64,000 nucleotides of DNA from Thermoanaerobaculia bacterium (GTDB lineage Bacteria > Acidobacteriota > Thermoanaerobaculia > UBA5066). The stretch is taken from NCBI GenBank assembly GCA_963816185.1, contig CAWFJJ010000025.1, positions 192,001 through 256,000 on the forward strand, written 5' to 3'. A program made the position numbers and the translations under genes. The notes beneath the pieces are model-generated. The model was not told the DNA's origin and made no database searches. It saw nothing but the letters and a program-made list of their open reading frames with translations. Positions 47,092 through 58,627 of this stretch are shown here, piece after piece; positions within the stretch are counted from its first letter, which is position 1; the number at the start of each line of letters is the position of its first letter.

Positions 47092-50037
47092 ATGCGACGC
47101 GACGACGGCCGTCGAACGCCGGGCCGGGGGCCTTTGTCCGCGCTCGACTCCCCCGAACGCTGGGCGCGCGTCCAGACCGTTTTCTGCGAAGCGGTCGAGC
47201 GCACGAGTCCGGACCGCGAGCGCTTCGTGGCAGTCGCCTGCGAAGGGGACGCGGAACTCAGGCGGGAGGTCGAGTCCCTCCTCAAGAGTGACGAAGAGGC
47301 CGGCAGCTTCATCGAAACGCCTGCGGTCGCGCCACAGACCTTGACTGCCGACTCCTCGCCAGACGGCAGGGCGCGCGATCACCATCAACCTCGACTGGAC
47401 GAAGGCGCGCGGCTCGGACCATACGAGATCGCCTCGTTCGTAGGCGCCGGCGGTATGAGCGAGGTTTATCGTGCCCGGGACGTCCGTCTCGGACGGACGG
47501 TTGCGATCAAGATCCTGCACGGCGGCGCTGGCGACGCGGCGGCGCAGGCACGGCTCGTGCGCGAAGCCCGGCACGCCTCCACGCTCAGCCATCCGAACGT
47601 GTGCACGGTCCACGACGTGCATGACGCCGGCGGCGTGCCCTTCATCGTGATGGAGTACGTCGAGGGCCCCACGCTGGGCGATCTCACCCCACCGGCCGGG
47701 CTGCCGATCGCGGAGTTGCTGGGCTACGGACTCCAGGTCGTGCAGGCGCTTGAGCACGCACACTCCCGCGGGATCGTGCACCGCGACCTCAAGGCCGCCA
47801 ACGTCGTGGTCGATGCGGATGGGCGCGCCAAGCTCCTCGACTTCGGCCTTGCGCGGCGCCTGCCCGGCGCGCTCGCGATCGCCTCCGGCTCGACGATCGA
47901 CCACGGGGCCCTGGCCGGCACGCTCTCTCACATGGCGCCCGAGGTGCTGCTCGGGCGCGACGCGGACGCGCGCGCCGACATTTGGGCGCTGGGCGTGCTC
48001 CTCTTCCAGATGGCGGCCGGCCGCCTGCCCTTCAAGGGCGAGACGCCGTTTGCGACCAGCCAGGCGATCCTGCTGGACCCGGCGCCGCGGCTGCCGGGAC
48101 ACGTGCCGCTCGCGCTGCGAATGATCATCGACGCGTGCCTCGCTAAGGATCCCGCCGAGCGATACCAGAGCGCCGCGGACGTGCGGGGCGCTCTCGAGAC
48201 GATCCACGCCGGCGGCGCCCGACGTCTCACCGTGCGGTTTCTCGCCGCGCGCGGCCTGCACGCGATCAAGAAGGGTGCCTCCGTCGCGGCCGTGCTTACG
48301 CTCCTGGCAGCCTCGGCCGCGTCGACATGGACGCATTCCGGCGACCGGAACGGACCGCATGGAGGGCCACTTCGGATCGTCGTCTTGCCCTTCGAGAACC
48401 TCGGATCCCCCGAAGACGCCTACTTCGCGAGCGGGATGACCGAAGACATCACGAGCCGCCTCGCAAACGTCCGGACCCTGGCGGTCATCTCCCGCAACAC
48501 CGCCACCCAGTACGACCGCAAGGGAAAGACGGTCGAACAGATCGGCAAGGATCTGGGCGTCGGCTTCATCCTCGAGGGCTCGGTCCGATGGGACAGGAGC
48601 GGCGGCGGTCCGGGACGCGTGCGGATCACGCCTCAGCTCATCCGGGTTTCAGACGACACGCACCTCTGGTCGGAACGCTATGACCGGCAACTCGCGGACA
48701 TCTTCGCCATCCAGGGTGCTGCGGCGGACGGCGTCGTTCGCGCGCTCAATCTCGCTCTTGCGCCGGCCGAGTCGATGGCCCTGCGTCGGCTGCCAACGCA
48801 CGACCTCGAGGCCTACGATCTTTACCTGCAGGCTCTCGAGCTGGCTAGGGGGAACTCGACCCCGTCGTCGATCGCCCGGCAGATCAAGCTGGCCGGCGCG
48901 GCCCTCGACCGGGATCCCCGGTTCGCCGAGGCGCTCGCCCAGCTGGCGCAGACGCGAATCTACAATTACTGGCTCTACTTCGACCGGAGAGAATCCGAGC
49001 TCGGGCGAGCCAGGGTCGAGGCGGAGCGCGCGGTCGCCCTGCGTCCCGATTCGGCGGAAACCCATCTGGCTCTCGGCTTCTACCACTACGGTGTTCGGCT
49101 CGACTACGAGGCTGCCCTCACGGAGTTCAACAAGGCCCTCGCATTTCAGCCGAACAACGCCCTCGTCCAAGCCTGGATCGGCTTCGTTTGGCGGCGTCAG
49201 GGGAAGATGGAGGAGGCGGAAGCGGAGCTTCAAAGGGCCGCTGACATCGACCGCGGAAACGGCGACGTAAATAACAACCTCGCGGAAACACAGACTCTGA
49301 TTCGCAAGTATTCAAACGCCTCTCGAACCTTCGAGCTGGCGACATCGCTCGACCCGCACAACGTCGTCTGGCAAGGCCGGCGGGCCTGGGTAAACGTGCA
49401 ATGGCATGGCGATGTGGCCGCCGCCGAGCAGGTTCTGAAGAAGGCGGCGGAAGTACCCAATCCGGAAGACCCGTATGGCTCCGTGACCTACTTCTCGGTG
49501 CGTACGGCACTTGTCGCTCGGGACTGGGAGGAAGCTCTTCGCCGCCTGAACGCACAGCGCCGAGAGCCCCTGGGAAGCGACCTGCAGTTAGAGTACCTTC
49601 CTATCTCGCTGCTGCGCGCCGAGGTCCTGTCGTACATGGGCCGGCAGGATCTGGCGCAGGAGTCGTTCGAAGAAGCCCGCCGCACTCTGGTGGAGAAGAT
49701 CAAGGAAGCGCCGGACGACGCGCGTTTCCATTCCTCGCTCGGGATCACGCTGGCCGGCCTCAGTCGGAGCGGCGAGGCCGTTCGAGAAGGCGAGCGCGGC
49801 CTCGCGCTGATGCCGCCGACGCGCGACGCCTTTCGGGGAGTGTTCCGAGTAGAAGATCTCGCCCGGATTTGCGCGATGGTGGGGAACCAGGAGGCCGCCA
49901 TCGAGCAACTCGACTACCTGCTGTCGCACCCCTCCTGGATTTCGGTCCCGCTGCTCAGGCTCGACCCGCGCTGGGACCCGCTCCGCAAGAACCCGAAGTT
50001 CGAGGCTCTGCTGGCGAAGTACGAGGTTAAGCTATGA
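47092..50037 (+). CDS. Ser/Thr kinase with TolB-N-like and TPR domains
   Basis: N-terminal ERWARV..ACEGDAELRREVESLL extension; GAGGMSEVY, HRDLKAAN, DFG; one hydrophobic segment; VVLPFEN; TPRs; LDPRWDPLR. Confidence 0.92.
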   Translation: MRRDDGRRTPGRGPLSALDSPERWARVQTVFCEAVERTSPDRERFVAVACEGDAELRREVESLLKSDEEAGSFIETPAVAPQTLTADSSPDGRARDHHQPRLDEGARLGPYEIASFVGAGGMSEVYRARDVRLGRTVAIKILHGGAGDAAAQARLVREARHASTLSHPNVCTVHDVHDAGGVPFIVMEYVEGPTLGDLTPPAGLPIAELLGYGLQVVQALEHAHSRGIVHRDLKAANVVVDADGRAKLLDFGLARRLPGALAIASGSTIDHGALAGTLSHMAPEVLLGRDADARADIWALGVLLFQMAAGRLPFKGETPFATSQAILLDPAPRLPGHVPLALRMIIDACLAKDPAERYQSAADVRGALETIHAGGARRLTVRFLAARGLHAIKKGASVAAVLTLLAASAASTWTHSGDRNGPHGGPLRIVVLPFENLGSPEDAYFASGMTEDITSRLANVRTLAVISRNTATQYDRKGKTVEQIGKDLGVGFILEGSVRWDRSGGGPGRVRITPQLIRVSDDTHLWSERYDRQLADIFAIQGAAADGVVRALNLALAPAESMALRRLPTHDLEAYDLYLQALELARGNSTPSSIARQIKLAGAALDRDPRFAEALAQLAQTRIYNYWLYFDRRESELGRARVEAERAVALRPDSAETHLALGFYHYGVRLDYEAALTEFNKALAFQPNNALVQAWIGFVWRRQGKMEEAEAELQRAADIDRGNGDVNNNLAETQTLIRKYSNASRTFELATSLDPHNVVWQGRRAWVNVQWHGDVAAAEQVLKKAAEVPNPEDPYGSVTYFSVRTALVARDWEEALRRLNAQRREPLGSDLQLEYLPISLLRAEVLSYMGRQDLAQESFEEARRTLVEKIKEAPDDARFHSSLGITLAGLSRSGEAVREGERGLALMPPTRDAFRGVFRVEDLARICAMVGNQEAAIEQLDYLLSHPSWISVPLLRLDPRWDPLRKNPKFEALLAKYEVKL

Positions 50038-50215
50038 GCCTCGCCGCCGGCGCCCGCGAGTCCTTCATCCCCATTGGCTCGAACCGGCCGGGGTCGCGAA
50101 GGACGCCCACGCACTCTCCCGCTTCGAGCACGGAGCGAAGGCCGTCGCCCTCTCACACCCAAACATCCTCGCCCTTTTCGGCGTCGGCGAGACGGGTGGC
50201 GTTCACTACGCGGTC
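50034..50215 (+). pseudogene. Degenerate N-terminal fragment of another Ser/Thr kinase
   Basis: MSLAAGAR start, then in another frame KDAHALSRFEHGAKAVALSHPNILALFGVGETGGVHYAV (subdomains III-V). Nothing kinase-like follows. Confidence 0.65.
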
Positions 50216-50381
50216 CCGGCGGTCTACGAGGCCCTCGGCGAGGCTGATGCTCATTTTGCTTGGACGGAGAAGGCCTTCGCCGAGCGGGTCGACAGGCTTG
50301 CGACGCGCGCCTCGGCGCTGCTGGATCGCCGTTCCGGAGCGATCCGTGACAACGCGACCTCCTCAAAAGAGTGAGCGGGCG

Positions 50382-50986
50382 ATGACGCACGCGGCCGCGG
50401 GCGATCCGGACATCACGGGCTTGCTCCTCGCGTGGAATGCCGGGGACCCGGAGGCTCTCAACCGGCTCCTCCCTGCCGTCTACGCGGAGCTGCATCGGCT
50501 GGCGCAACGCGAGCTCCTGCGCGAGCGCGCGAACCACAGCATGGAGCCGACCGCGCTCATCCACGAGCTGTACCTCGGGCTCGTCGATCAAACGGCGCGC
50601 GAAATGGGAAAACCGCGCGCAGTTCTTCGGGGTCGCGGCGCAGCTCATGCGACGGATCCTCGTCGATCACGCCCGGGCGCGGAACGCGCTCAAGCGCGGC
50701 GGCGGTGTCGCGGCCCTCCAGATCGACGCGGCCGACGACGCACCGCGGCCCGGGGGCACGTCGATCTTCTCGATCTCGACGAAGCGCTCGAGCGGTTGTC
50801 CGCCCGCAGCCCGGAACAGGGCCGCATCGTCGAGATGCGTTTCTTCGCGGGCCTCACAGTCGAAGAGACCGCCCATGTGATCGGGCGGTCTCCCCGTACG
50901 GTCAAACGCGAATGGCGGCTCGCAAGGGCGTGGCTCTTCCGGGAACTCCAGACCGATCCTCAGGGCACGCCCGGCGACGAGACTAG
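50382..50986 (+). CDS. ECF sigma factor, kinase-associated TIGR02999-like (two compensating indels; 3' end uncertain)
   Basis: ITGLLLAWNAGD..VYAELHRLA..PTALIHE / WENRAQFFGVAAQLMRRILVDHAR / LDEALERL..RFFAGLTVEE..TVKREWRLARAWL. Confidence 0.85.
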
Positions 50987-51016
50987 TCATCGTCGTCCTT
51001 GTCATCGTCATCGCTG

Positions 51017-51803
51017 TCAGTCGAGACGAAATCCAGTCCGTGCGGATAGCTCAGGCTCCACCGGGAACCGCGGTGACCGTCCCGCTACCGGGTTCACACG
51101 CCAGAGCGGCGAATTGGGAACGATTTCGGAGACATAGAAATTTCCGTCGTCGTCAATCGCCAGTCCCATGACCATGTTCGCCGTCAGCCCCTGAAGCTTG
51201 GTGACCAACTTAGCTTGGCCGGTTTTGCGGTTGATGCGGTAGAGCGAGTCCCAGGCGGCCCCATACATCGTGCCGTCGGGATGCCAGGCCAGGTCCATGA
51301 CGTCGCCGCAGCCGCCCGTGACGCCCACCTTCTTGGCCTCGCCGGTCTTCAAATCAAACCGGTAGAGGCTGTTCTGGTTCGTTGTACCGCTGTCCGCATT
51401 CACTCCGTAGAGTTTGCCCTGGCGGGAGAAGCCGATCCCCATGAAACTCTCCGGATTGAGGTTGACCCCGAAAGGTGTGGCCAGACCCGTCGCAGGGTTC
51501 ACGCTGGCCAGTTGCGGATTAGGACCGCCGGCGGGAAAGCCCTGCGTCACGGTGTAGAACGTGCCTTTATGCTTGCCTTTATGACTGATCGCAATGGCGA
51601 ATGCCTCGGACGTCAAAGTTTCCGATCTCCGTCACGGTGCCGGCACCGACATCGATTCTGACCAACGTGGACCCGCCATTTGTCGTGGCATAGAGAATTG
51701 GCTCGTGTCCACGAGGCCGAGGGCATCGGTCGGCGTCCAGGACTGTCGTGAAGGCCAACAGGGCGACAGCCGCGAGAGTTGCGATGAAGTGAAGTTTTTT
51801 CAT
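51017..51803 (-). CDS. Secreted beta-propeller-like protein (indel near 51610)
   Basis: Signal MKKLHFIATLAAVALLAF; blades MGIGFSRQGKLYG, MDLAWHPDGTMYG, MGLAIDDDGNFY. Visibly lower GC. Confidence 0.7.
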
Positions 51804-52667
51804 GGGTTCGGTCCTCTTTCTTCTGTGGTTGAGTGAAGGCGGCGATCGAACAACAACTCCGGAGCTGACCTCTGTGTAGATACGCGGAAACGCGTGCCGA
51901 TCGGGGCCAGCCCGTTTGCGGCCCCGCGTCACGTCCGAGAGGGGCTCCCGAGAATCAGGAAGGAGAAACGTCCGTCCGCGGCGTGATTCCGAGCCACAGG
52001 AGCCCGCCCACCGCCGAGAGGAACGACGCCACGTGGAGCGCGTTCTCCCAGCCCATCGACGCCGCGAGGACCAGCGTGAGCGCCGGCGAGAAACGCACCG
52101 GCTGAGGTCGCTTCCCGTTGCGCTCGCTCTCGCCTGCGGGCTCGGGCTCTTCTACGCATCATCTCCGGCCCGGCGGGCCTGGGTCGCCTGCCTCCCGGCC
52201 GTCGACGCCAACCCGTCGCGGTGCTGCTCGGCTTATGGTCGGACTGGATGCTCCACCCGCTTCGGGGTCCGTTTGCAGGCGCGCTGCTAATGATGCCGGT
52301 CACCGATCGCGATCGTCCTCGCGGCTGTGGAGACGGCGGCGCTTGAGGGCCAGCCCGCCTCCCGCCGGCGATTTGAAGACGAAGGTCTTCATGCGCCGTC
52401 GGTCTAACATGTCTTCCACCACCGGCAGTTCGATAATCGAGCAGGATGCTCCACCACTGATTTCAAAGAGAGTTAACGCCACTTCGTAAGTCCCGCCCAG
52501 ACCTTTCCGCGTCACCCGCTGACGATCACTCGAGTGATCCCTCCTCAAGGGAGGAGCGGAAGGATCTCTTCTCGAGGGAGGAGCGGAGGCCGAAGGGTGA
52601 ATTTCCAGACGTTTAGTGGACGGGCTACCTGAGTACGCTCCGCTATAGCCTTGAAGTCACTTTCTCA

Positions 52668-52748
52668 TCACCCTGCATCGCCGCGGCCGGCCGCCTCTCC
52701 GTCGAGCACCTCGCGCACCTTGCACGCGAGCGCGAGCGTTGAGTAAGG
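52668..52748 (-). pseudogene. Truncated tail of a receiver (REC) domain abutting IS3
   Basis: PYSTLALACKVREVLDGEAAGRGDAG*; compare KPFNERALTAKLREVLD at the end of the 37707-40205 kinase. Confidence 0.65.
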
Positions 52749-52778
52749 TGAATCGCCCCGGGTTTCCCGGAGGCCGGT

Positions 52779-53688
52779 TTACTTGAGTCCGGCCACCATG
52801 GCCTGGGCTTGCTGACTTCGATAGTACGCCTCCTCGTACTCCGCAGGCGGCACGTAGCCGATCGGTTCGAGCAGCCGCCGGTTGTTGAACCAGTCGACCC
52901 ATTCGAGGGTCGCGAACTCGACGGCGTCGATGTTCCGCCACGGCCCTCGACGTCGGATGACCTCAGTCTTGTACAGGCCGATGACTCGTCTCAGCGAGCG
53001 CGTTGTCGTACGAGTCGCCGACGCTGCCGACCGAGCGCTCGATGCCCGCCTCTGCGAGTCGCTCGGTGTAGCGAATGGAGAGGTACTGCATGCCGCGATC
53101 GCTGTGATGCACGAGCCGTTCGCGCCGCGCCTGACGTGAAGCGCCTGCTCGAGCGCGTCGAGAGCGAGATCGCTGCGCAGCGAGCTCGAGACCCGCCAGC
53201 CGACGATGCTGCGCGAGAAGACGTCGATGACGAACGCGACGTAGACGAAGCCTGCCCACGTCGCGACGTAGGTGATGTCGGCGACCCAGAGCTGGTTCGG
53301 TCGCGTCGCCGAGAAGTCGCGCTTCACGAGGTCCGGCGGGCGTGCGGCCGAGCTCGTCGACCACGGTCGTGATGGTGAACGCCCGACCACGCACCGCGCC
53401 TCGAGGCCCATCCCGCGCATCAGCCGCTCGACCGTGCAGCGGGCGACGTCGCTGGCCTTCCCTGCGCAGCTGCTTCCAGACCTTCTCGGCGCCGTAGACC
53501 TCGAGGTTCTCGTCCAGACGCGCTGAATCTCCGGCTGCAGCTGCTCATCGCGCTTGGCTCGCGCCGGCCGCAGTCCGGGATCGCCTGCGAGCCCGGTGCT
53601 CGTAGTAGGTCGACGGGGCGATCGGCAGCACGCGCAGATCGGCTCGACCCCGTACTCGCTCGCGATGCTCATCGATGAACGCCACCAT
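52779..53688 (-). CDS. IS3 OrfB DDE transposase (several indels)
   Basis: YGVEPIC, NQLWVADITYV, HHSDRGMQY, GDSYDNALAE, WVDWFNNRRL. Confidence 0.85.
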
Positions 53689-54009
53689 CACTTCGGTCGG
53701 CGGTCGAGCTCCGCCTGTGCGAAATACGCGGACGCCTTGCGAAGAATCTCGTTCGCCCGCTTCAGCTCGCGGATTCTCCCGCTCGAGATCCTTGAGCCGC
53801 TCGCGGTCGGTCGTCGTCAGCCCGGGTCGCCCGCCGCCGTCACGCTCGGCCTGCCGCACCCACTTCCGCAGCGTCTCCGCCGTGCAGCCCATCTTGTCGG
53901 CGATCGACTCGATCGCCGCCCACTGCGACTCGTGCGCTGGCCGCTGCTCGAACACCAGCCGCACCGCCCGCTCACGCACCTCTGCGGGGTACTTGCTTCG
54001 TCTTCCCAT
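53688..54009 (-). CDS. IS3 OrfA (one indel)
   Basis: [58 protein letters not shown]. Confidence 0.85.
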
Positions 54010-54619
54010 GGCTCCATCCTCTCAACTGTCGGAGCCTCCGGGAAACCCGGGGCGATTCACTCAAACCGTAGTTCGATAAACGAGCAGGATATTTTACCGC
54101 TTCTTTAGAAGGTCGCCCAGCCTCACTTAAGATCGTGCCTCCGCCCCGAACCAGCGGTACACCAGGCGGCATCGTAGAGGACGGCGCAGCCGAGGATCGA
54201 TTGGGCGGGAGGTGACTCGTGGGACTTCGTCGCCGGCCAACGTGACAGGAAGAGAGTCTTCTCGTCATGTGCACGGTGAGGACGAGAGATTTGTAGCCCG
54301 GCGCGGAAATGTGAAGAGCGTACGAGCGGTCCCCGGACTCGACCGGCTCGTAAGGCGAAGGAGCGGCGAGGGTCCAACGAAGAATCGCCGTGATCTTTCC
54401 GGTCTCCAGTCGGTCAGCGTGAGCGTCGTGTCGGCGACGGGGTTTCCGTCGGAGTCTTGATGATGCCGTGGGCGGACACGCCGCGCAGGCCTGCACGATC
54501 ATCTGGATAGGATCACGGCCAGGCACGCGCGGAAGCGGGAAAAGCCCATGGCGACACCGCTCGCGGATTCTATCCAATCCGTCCCTCGCTGGTGAAGATC
54601 CACACAACGGCGTTGCGCA

Positions 54620-55470
54620 ATGCGGTATCGTGTACCGCTAACGAAGAATGACCAGCCCTCCAGCAGCATCGGTCCGCGCACGCAAGGCCGGGCGTCCCGC
54701 GCGGACAAGGCGGCCGCCGTCGATCGGAAGTACGTGACCGCGCTCGGGCGCGGCTTGCAGGTCCTGCGCTGCTTCGGCTCGCGGGACCGCTGGCTGGCGA
54801 ACCAGGAGATCGCGCTTCGAACCGGCCTCGCGAAGCCGACCGTCACCCGGCTCGCGTACACGCTCGTCCGCGCCGGCTACCTCCGCACCCGGAGCGCACG
54901 GGAGCTACGCGCTCTCGAGCGCGGCGCGCAGGCTCGGCTTCGTCGCCATGGCCCAGATGGACGTCCGCCGCGTGGCGCGGGAGCCGATGCAGAGGCTCGC
55001 GGAATACGTCCAGGGCGCGATCCACCTCTCCGTGAGGGAGGGCCTGTCGATGGTCCTCGTCGATACCTACCGGAATCCGAGCGCGTTCTTCGTCGAGATC
55101 GGAGCTCGCGTTCCCATCGCCTCCACGTCGATCGGGCGCGCCTTCTTCTGCGGGCTGCCCGAGAAGGAGCAACGGAAGCTCCTCGACGAGCTCCGCGAAG
55201 AGCATGCGGATCAGTGGCCGCAGCTCCGGAAGGCGTTCGACCGCGCCGTTCGCGACCATCGGCAGCACGGGTTCTGCGTGGCCCTCGGCGAGTGGCGGCG
55301 GGAGGTGAACGGAGTGTCGGTTCCGCTCGCCCTTGCGGAGGAGACCAGCCGTCGTCTTCAGCTGCAGCGGCGCCTCGTTCCAGCTGGACGCCGGCCTCCT
55401 GGAAAAGGAGATCGGCCCGCGCCTGCTCACGCTCGTGGGCAACGTCCGCTCCGCGCTCGCAGGCACCTAG
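54620..55470 (+). CDS. IclR family transcriptional regulator (indels)
   Basis: YVTALGRGLQVLRCF..IALRTGLAKPTVTRLAYTL HTH; GARVPIASTSIGRA; GEWRREVNGVSVP; ends EIGPRLLTLVGNVRSALAGT*. Confidence 0.82.
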
Positions 55471-55479
55471 GAGGCGCCT

Positions 55480-55530
55480 TGTCGCAATTTGTGAAACTAT
55501 ATTCCGCCTGATGAAATGACTTGCCGCAAG
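55480..55530. promoter_or_regulatory. AT-rich promoter region with candidate IclR operator
   Basis: Imperfect palindrome ATTCCGCCTGATGAAAT at 55501-55517 between the IclR gene and the first acyl-CoA dehydrogenase. Confidence 0.35.
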
Positions 55531-55595
55531 TGGCTCGGATCTCATAGACTCCGTCGCGTCGAGTCTGAACGGGCCGTGCTTCGAAGGAGGACGCC

Positions 55596-56736
55596 GTGGA
55601 CTTCACGCTTCCGGAAGAAGCGCTCGCGCTACGCGACACGATCAGGAGGTTCGTCGAGCGCGAGCTCGATCCGATCTCCGAGCAGGTCGAGGAAGAGGAC
55701 CGGATTCCCGACGGCGTCGTCACGAAGATGGCCGAGATGGGCCTCTTCGGCCTCGCCATCCCGGAGGAGTACGGCGGGCAGGGGCTGCCCGTCGATCGCG
55801 CAATGCGCCGTCAACGAGGAGCTTTCCCGCACGAACGCCTGCTTTCGGACGCGCATCGGGACGAACAACGGCATCGGCTCGATGGGCATCCTCATCGGCG
55901 GGAGCGAGGAGCTGAAGAGGAAGTACCTGCCGGAGATGGCCGCCGGCCGGCTCATCGGCTCTTTCGCCCTCACCGAGCCCGACGCGGGCTCGGACGCCTC
56001 GCGCCTGAAGACCACGGCGGAGCTCAAAGGCGACACGTACGTCGTCAACGGCGTCAAGCACTTCATCACGAACGGCGACATCGCCGGCGTCCACACGGTC
56101 ATGGCCGTCACCGACAAGTCGAAGGGCTCGAAAGGCATCTCCGCGTTCGCGATCGAGAAGGGATTCCCCGGCGTGTCGGTGGGCACGATCGAGAAGAAGA
56201 TGGGTCTGCGCGGCTCGCACACGGTCGAGCTGGTGTTCGAAGACTGCGAGGTCCCCCGGAAAAACCTGCTCGGGCGCGAGGGCGAGGGGTTCAAGCTCGC
56301 GATGAAGGTGCTCGACAAGGGGCGCCTCACCATGGCGGCCTGCGCGCTCGGCGCCCTCGAGAAGCTCATCGCGCTCTCGACCGAGCAGGCCAAGACTCGG
56401 GTGACCTTCGGCGAGCCCATCGCGAACCGCCAGGCGATCCAGTGGATGCTCGTGGACATGGCCATCTCGGCCTACGCGGTCCGGCACGCCACCTATCACG
56501 CGGCCTGGAAGCTCGACCGCGGCGAGCGCGTCACCAAGGAAGCCGCAATGGTGAAGGTCTTCGCGACCGAGGCGGCGAACAAGGCCGCGGACAGCGCCGT
56601 CCAGATCTTCGGAGGGATGGGCTACATGAAGGGCACGGCCGTGGAGCGGTTCTACCGCGATCTGAGGCTCATGCGGATCTACGAAGGGACGTCGGAGATC
56701 CTGCGGATGATCGTCGCCCGCGAGATGACCGCGTGA
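55596..56736 (+). CDS. Acyl-CoA dehydrogenase (indel near 55790)
   Basis: SD AAGGAGG then GTG; PEEYGG, FALTEPDAGSD, GVKHFITNG, QIFGGMGY, IYEGTSEI. Confidence 0.9.
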
Positions 56737-56791
56737 AGCTCGATCCGCGGCTTCGAAACGACGCCGAATCCGGAGAAGGGGAGCGGGCGAC

Positions 56792-58599
56792 ATGACCGAC
56801 AAGCTCGTCAACTTGCGCGACATTCGTTTCGTCCTGTACGAGGTGCTGAAGGTCGAAGGCCTGCTCGACTCGGAGCGGTACTCCGGGCACTCGCGCGAGA
56901 CCTTCGACATGGCGATCGACGCCGCGTACAAGCTGGCGCGCGAGGTCTTCTGGCCGGCCTACGCGTACATGGACCGGAACGGTGTGACGTACGACGCCAA
57001 GACCCAGAAGACGCGCGTGCCGGAGTCCATGCACACGGTCTGGGCCGCCTACGAAGGAAGGCGGCTGGTACGGCAGCACCGACCGGCCGAGCAGGGCGGG
57101 CAGCAGTTCCCGGGCACCGTGGGCGCGCGCCACGCGTTGATCTTCAACGCCGCGAACACCGCCGCCCACATGTACATCGGCGGGGCCGTACGGCGCCGCC
57201 GGACCTGATCGGCAGTCGTTCGGCAGACGAGAAGCTGAAGGACGACCTACGTCGAGAAGCTGTACGGCGGCGAATGGGGCGGGACCATGTGCCTCACCGA
57301 GCCCCAGGCCGGCAGCTCGCTCAGCGACGTCAAGACGACCGCCGTCAAGGCGAGGGACGGCGACTACTACCTGCTGACCGGGACGAAGTGCTTCATCTCC
57401 AGCGGCGATCACGACCTCACGGAGAACATCGTCCATCCCGTGCTCGCGAAGCTCGCCGGGCGCACCGCCCGGGGTCAAGGGCATCAGCTTGTTCATCGTT
57501 CCGAAGTACCGCATCAAGCCGGACGGCTCGGTCGGCGAGTTCAACGACGTGGTGACCGCCGGCATCGAGCACAAGCTGGGCCTGCGCGGCAACGCGACGG
57601 CCACGCTGAGCTTCGGCGAGAACGGCGACTGCCACGGCTGGCTGATGGGCGAGCCGAACAACGGCCTCGCGTACATGTTCCAGCTGATGAACAGCGCGCG
57701 CATCGCCACGGGCGTGCAGGCGACCGCGGTCGCGTCGAACGCCTACCAGCACGCACTCCAGTACGCGAAGGAACGGCTGCAGGGGCGCGCCATCACCGAG
57801 AAGGATCCGACCAAGCCTCAGATCTCCGATCATCAAGCATGCCGACGTCCGGCGGATGCTGCTCGCGCAGAAGGCTACACCGAGGGCATGTTCGCCCTGC
57901 TCGCGTACGCCGCGAACCTGATGGACAGGAACCGCGTCTCGGCGAGCGCGGAGGAGCGTGGCGCGCCGCGGACATCCTGGAGTCCTGACCCCGGTCTGCA
58001 AAGCCTACGGCTCGGACATCTCCTTCCAGTCGACGGTCCTCGCCATCCAGGTGCTACGGCGGCTACGGCTTCTCGAGGAGTTCCCGCTCGCGCAGATGCT
58101 CCGCGACCAGAAGGTCTTCTCGATCTACGAGGGACGAACAACATCCAGGCGATGGATCTGCTCGGCCGCAAGGTCGTCATGAAGGACGGCGCCTCGTTCA
58201 GGGCGCTGGCGGGCGAGATCGCGAAGACCATCGAGGAAGCGCGCGGCCTCGCGCCGCTGAAGGACATGACCGACAAGGTGGAGGCGGCCCTGCGGACGGT
58301 CGTCGAGCCACCCAGCATCTCGCGCACGCTGCGTCGGCGAGATCGATCTCTATATGAGCTACGCGAGCCCGTATCTGCAGATGTTCTCGCAGCTCGTCGT
58401 CTCGTGGCAGCTCCTCTGGGAGTCCGTCGTCGCGCAGAAGGCGCTGGACGGCGGGTCGTCCGAGCGGGACTTCTACCTGGGCAAGCTGGCGACGGCGCAG
58501 TTCTACGTCAACAACGACCTGGCATACGCCCACACGACGGCCAGGATCATCAAGACCGGCGACCGCACGGCGCTCGATTGCCGGGCGGAATGGCTCTGA
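56792..58599 (+). CDS. Long-form acyl-CoA dehydrogenase (multiple indels)
   Basis: GTMCLTEPQAGS, FISSGDHDLTENIVHPVLA, IEHKLG, MFQLMNSAR, IYEG.NNIQAMDLLGRK across frames. Confidence 0.83.
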
Positions 58600-58627
58600 C
58601 ACCCAGCGGGCTCCACATGGAGGACCC

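Larger units (their letters stand above)
52749..54059 (-). mobile_element. IS3-family insertion sequence (IS51/IS629-like), 1311 bp
   Basis: Perfect 26-bp terminal inverted repeats TGAATCGCCCCGGGTTTCCCGGAGGC (52749-52774 and 54034-54059); TG..CA ends; no target duplication. Confidence 0.95.

Noticed and set aside
52428-52456. GTTCGAT...GCTCCACCA as attR copy of the tRNA-Ala 3' end
   Set aside because: Only 9 bp match contiguously and the spacing to GTTCGAT differs from the tRNA (13 versus 8 nt). It is better explained by the coding repeat shared with 54070.
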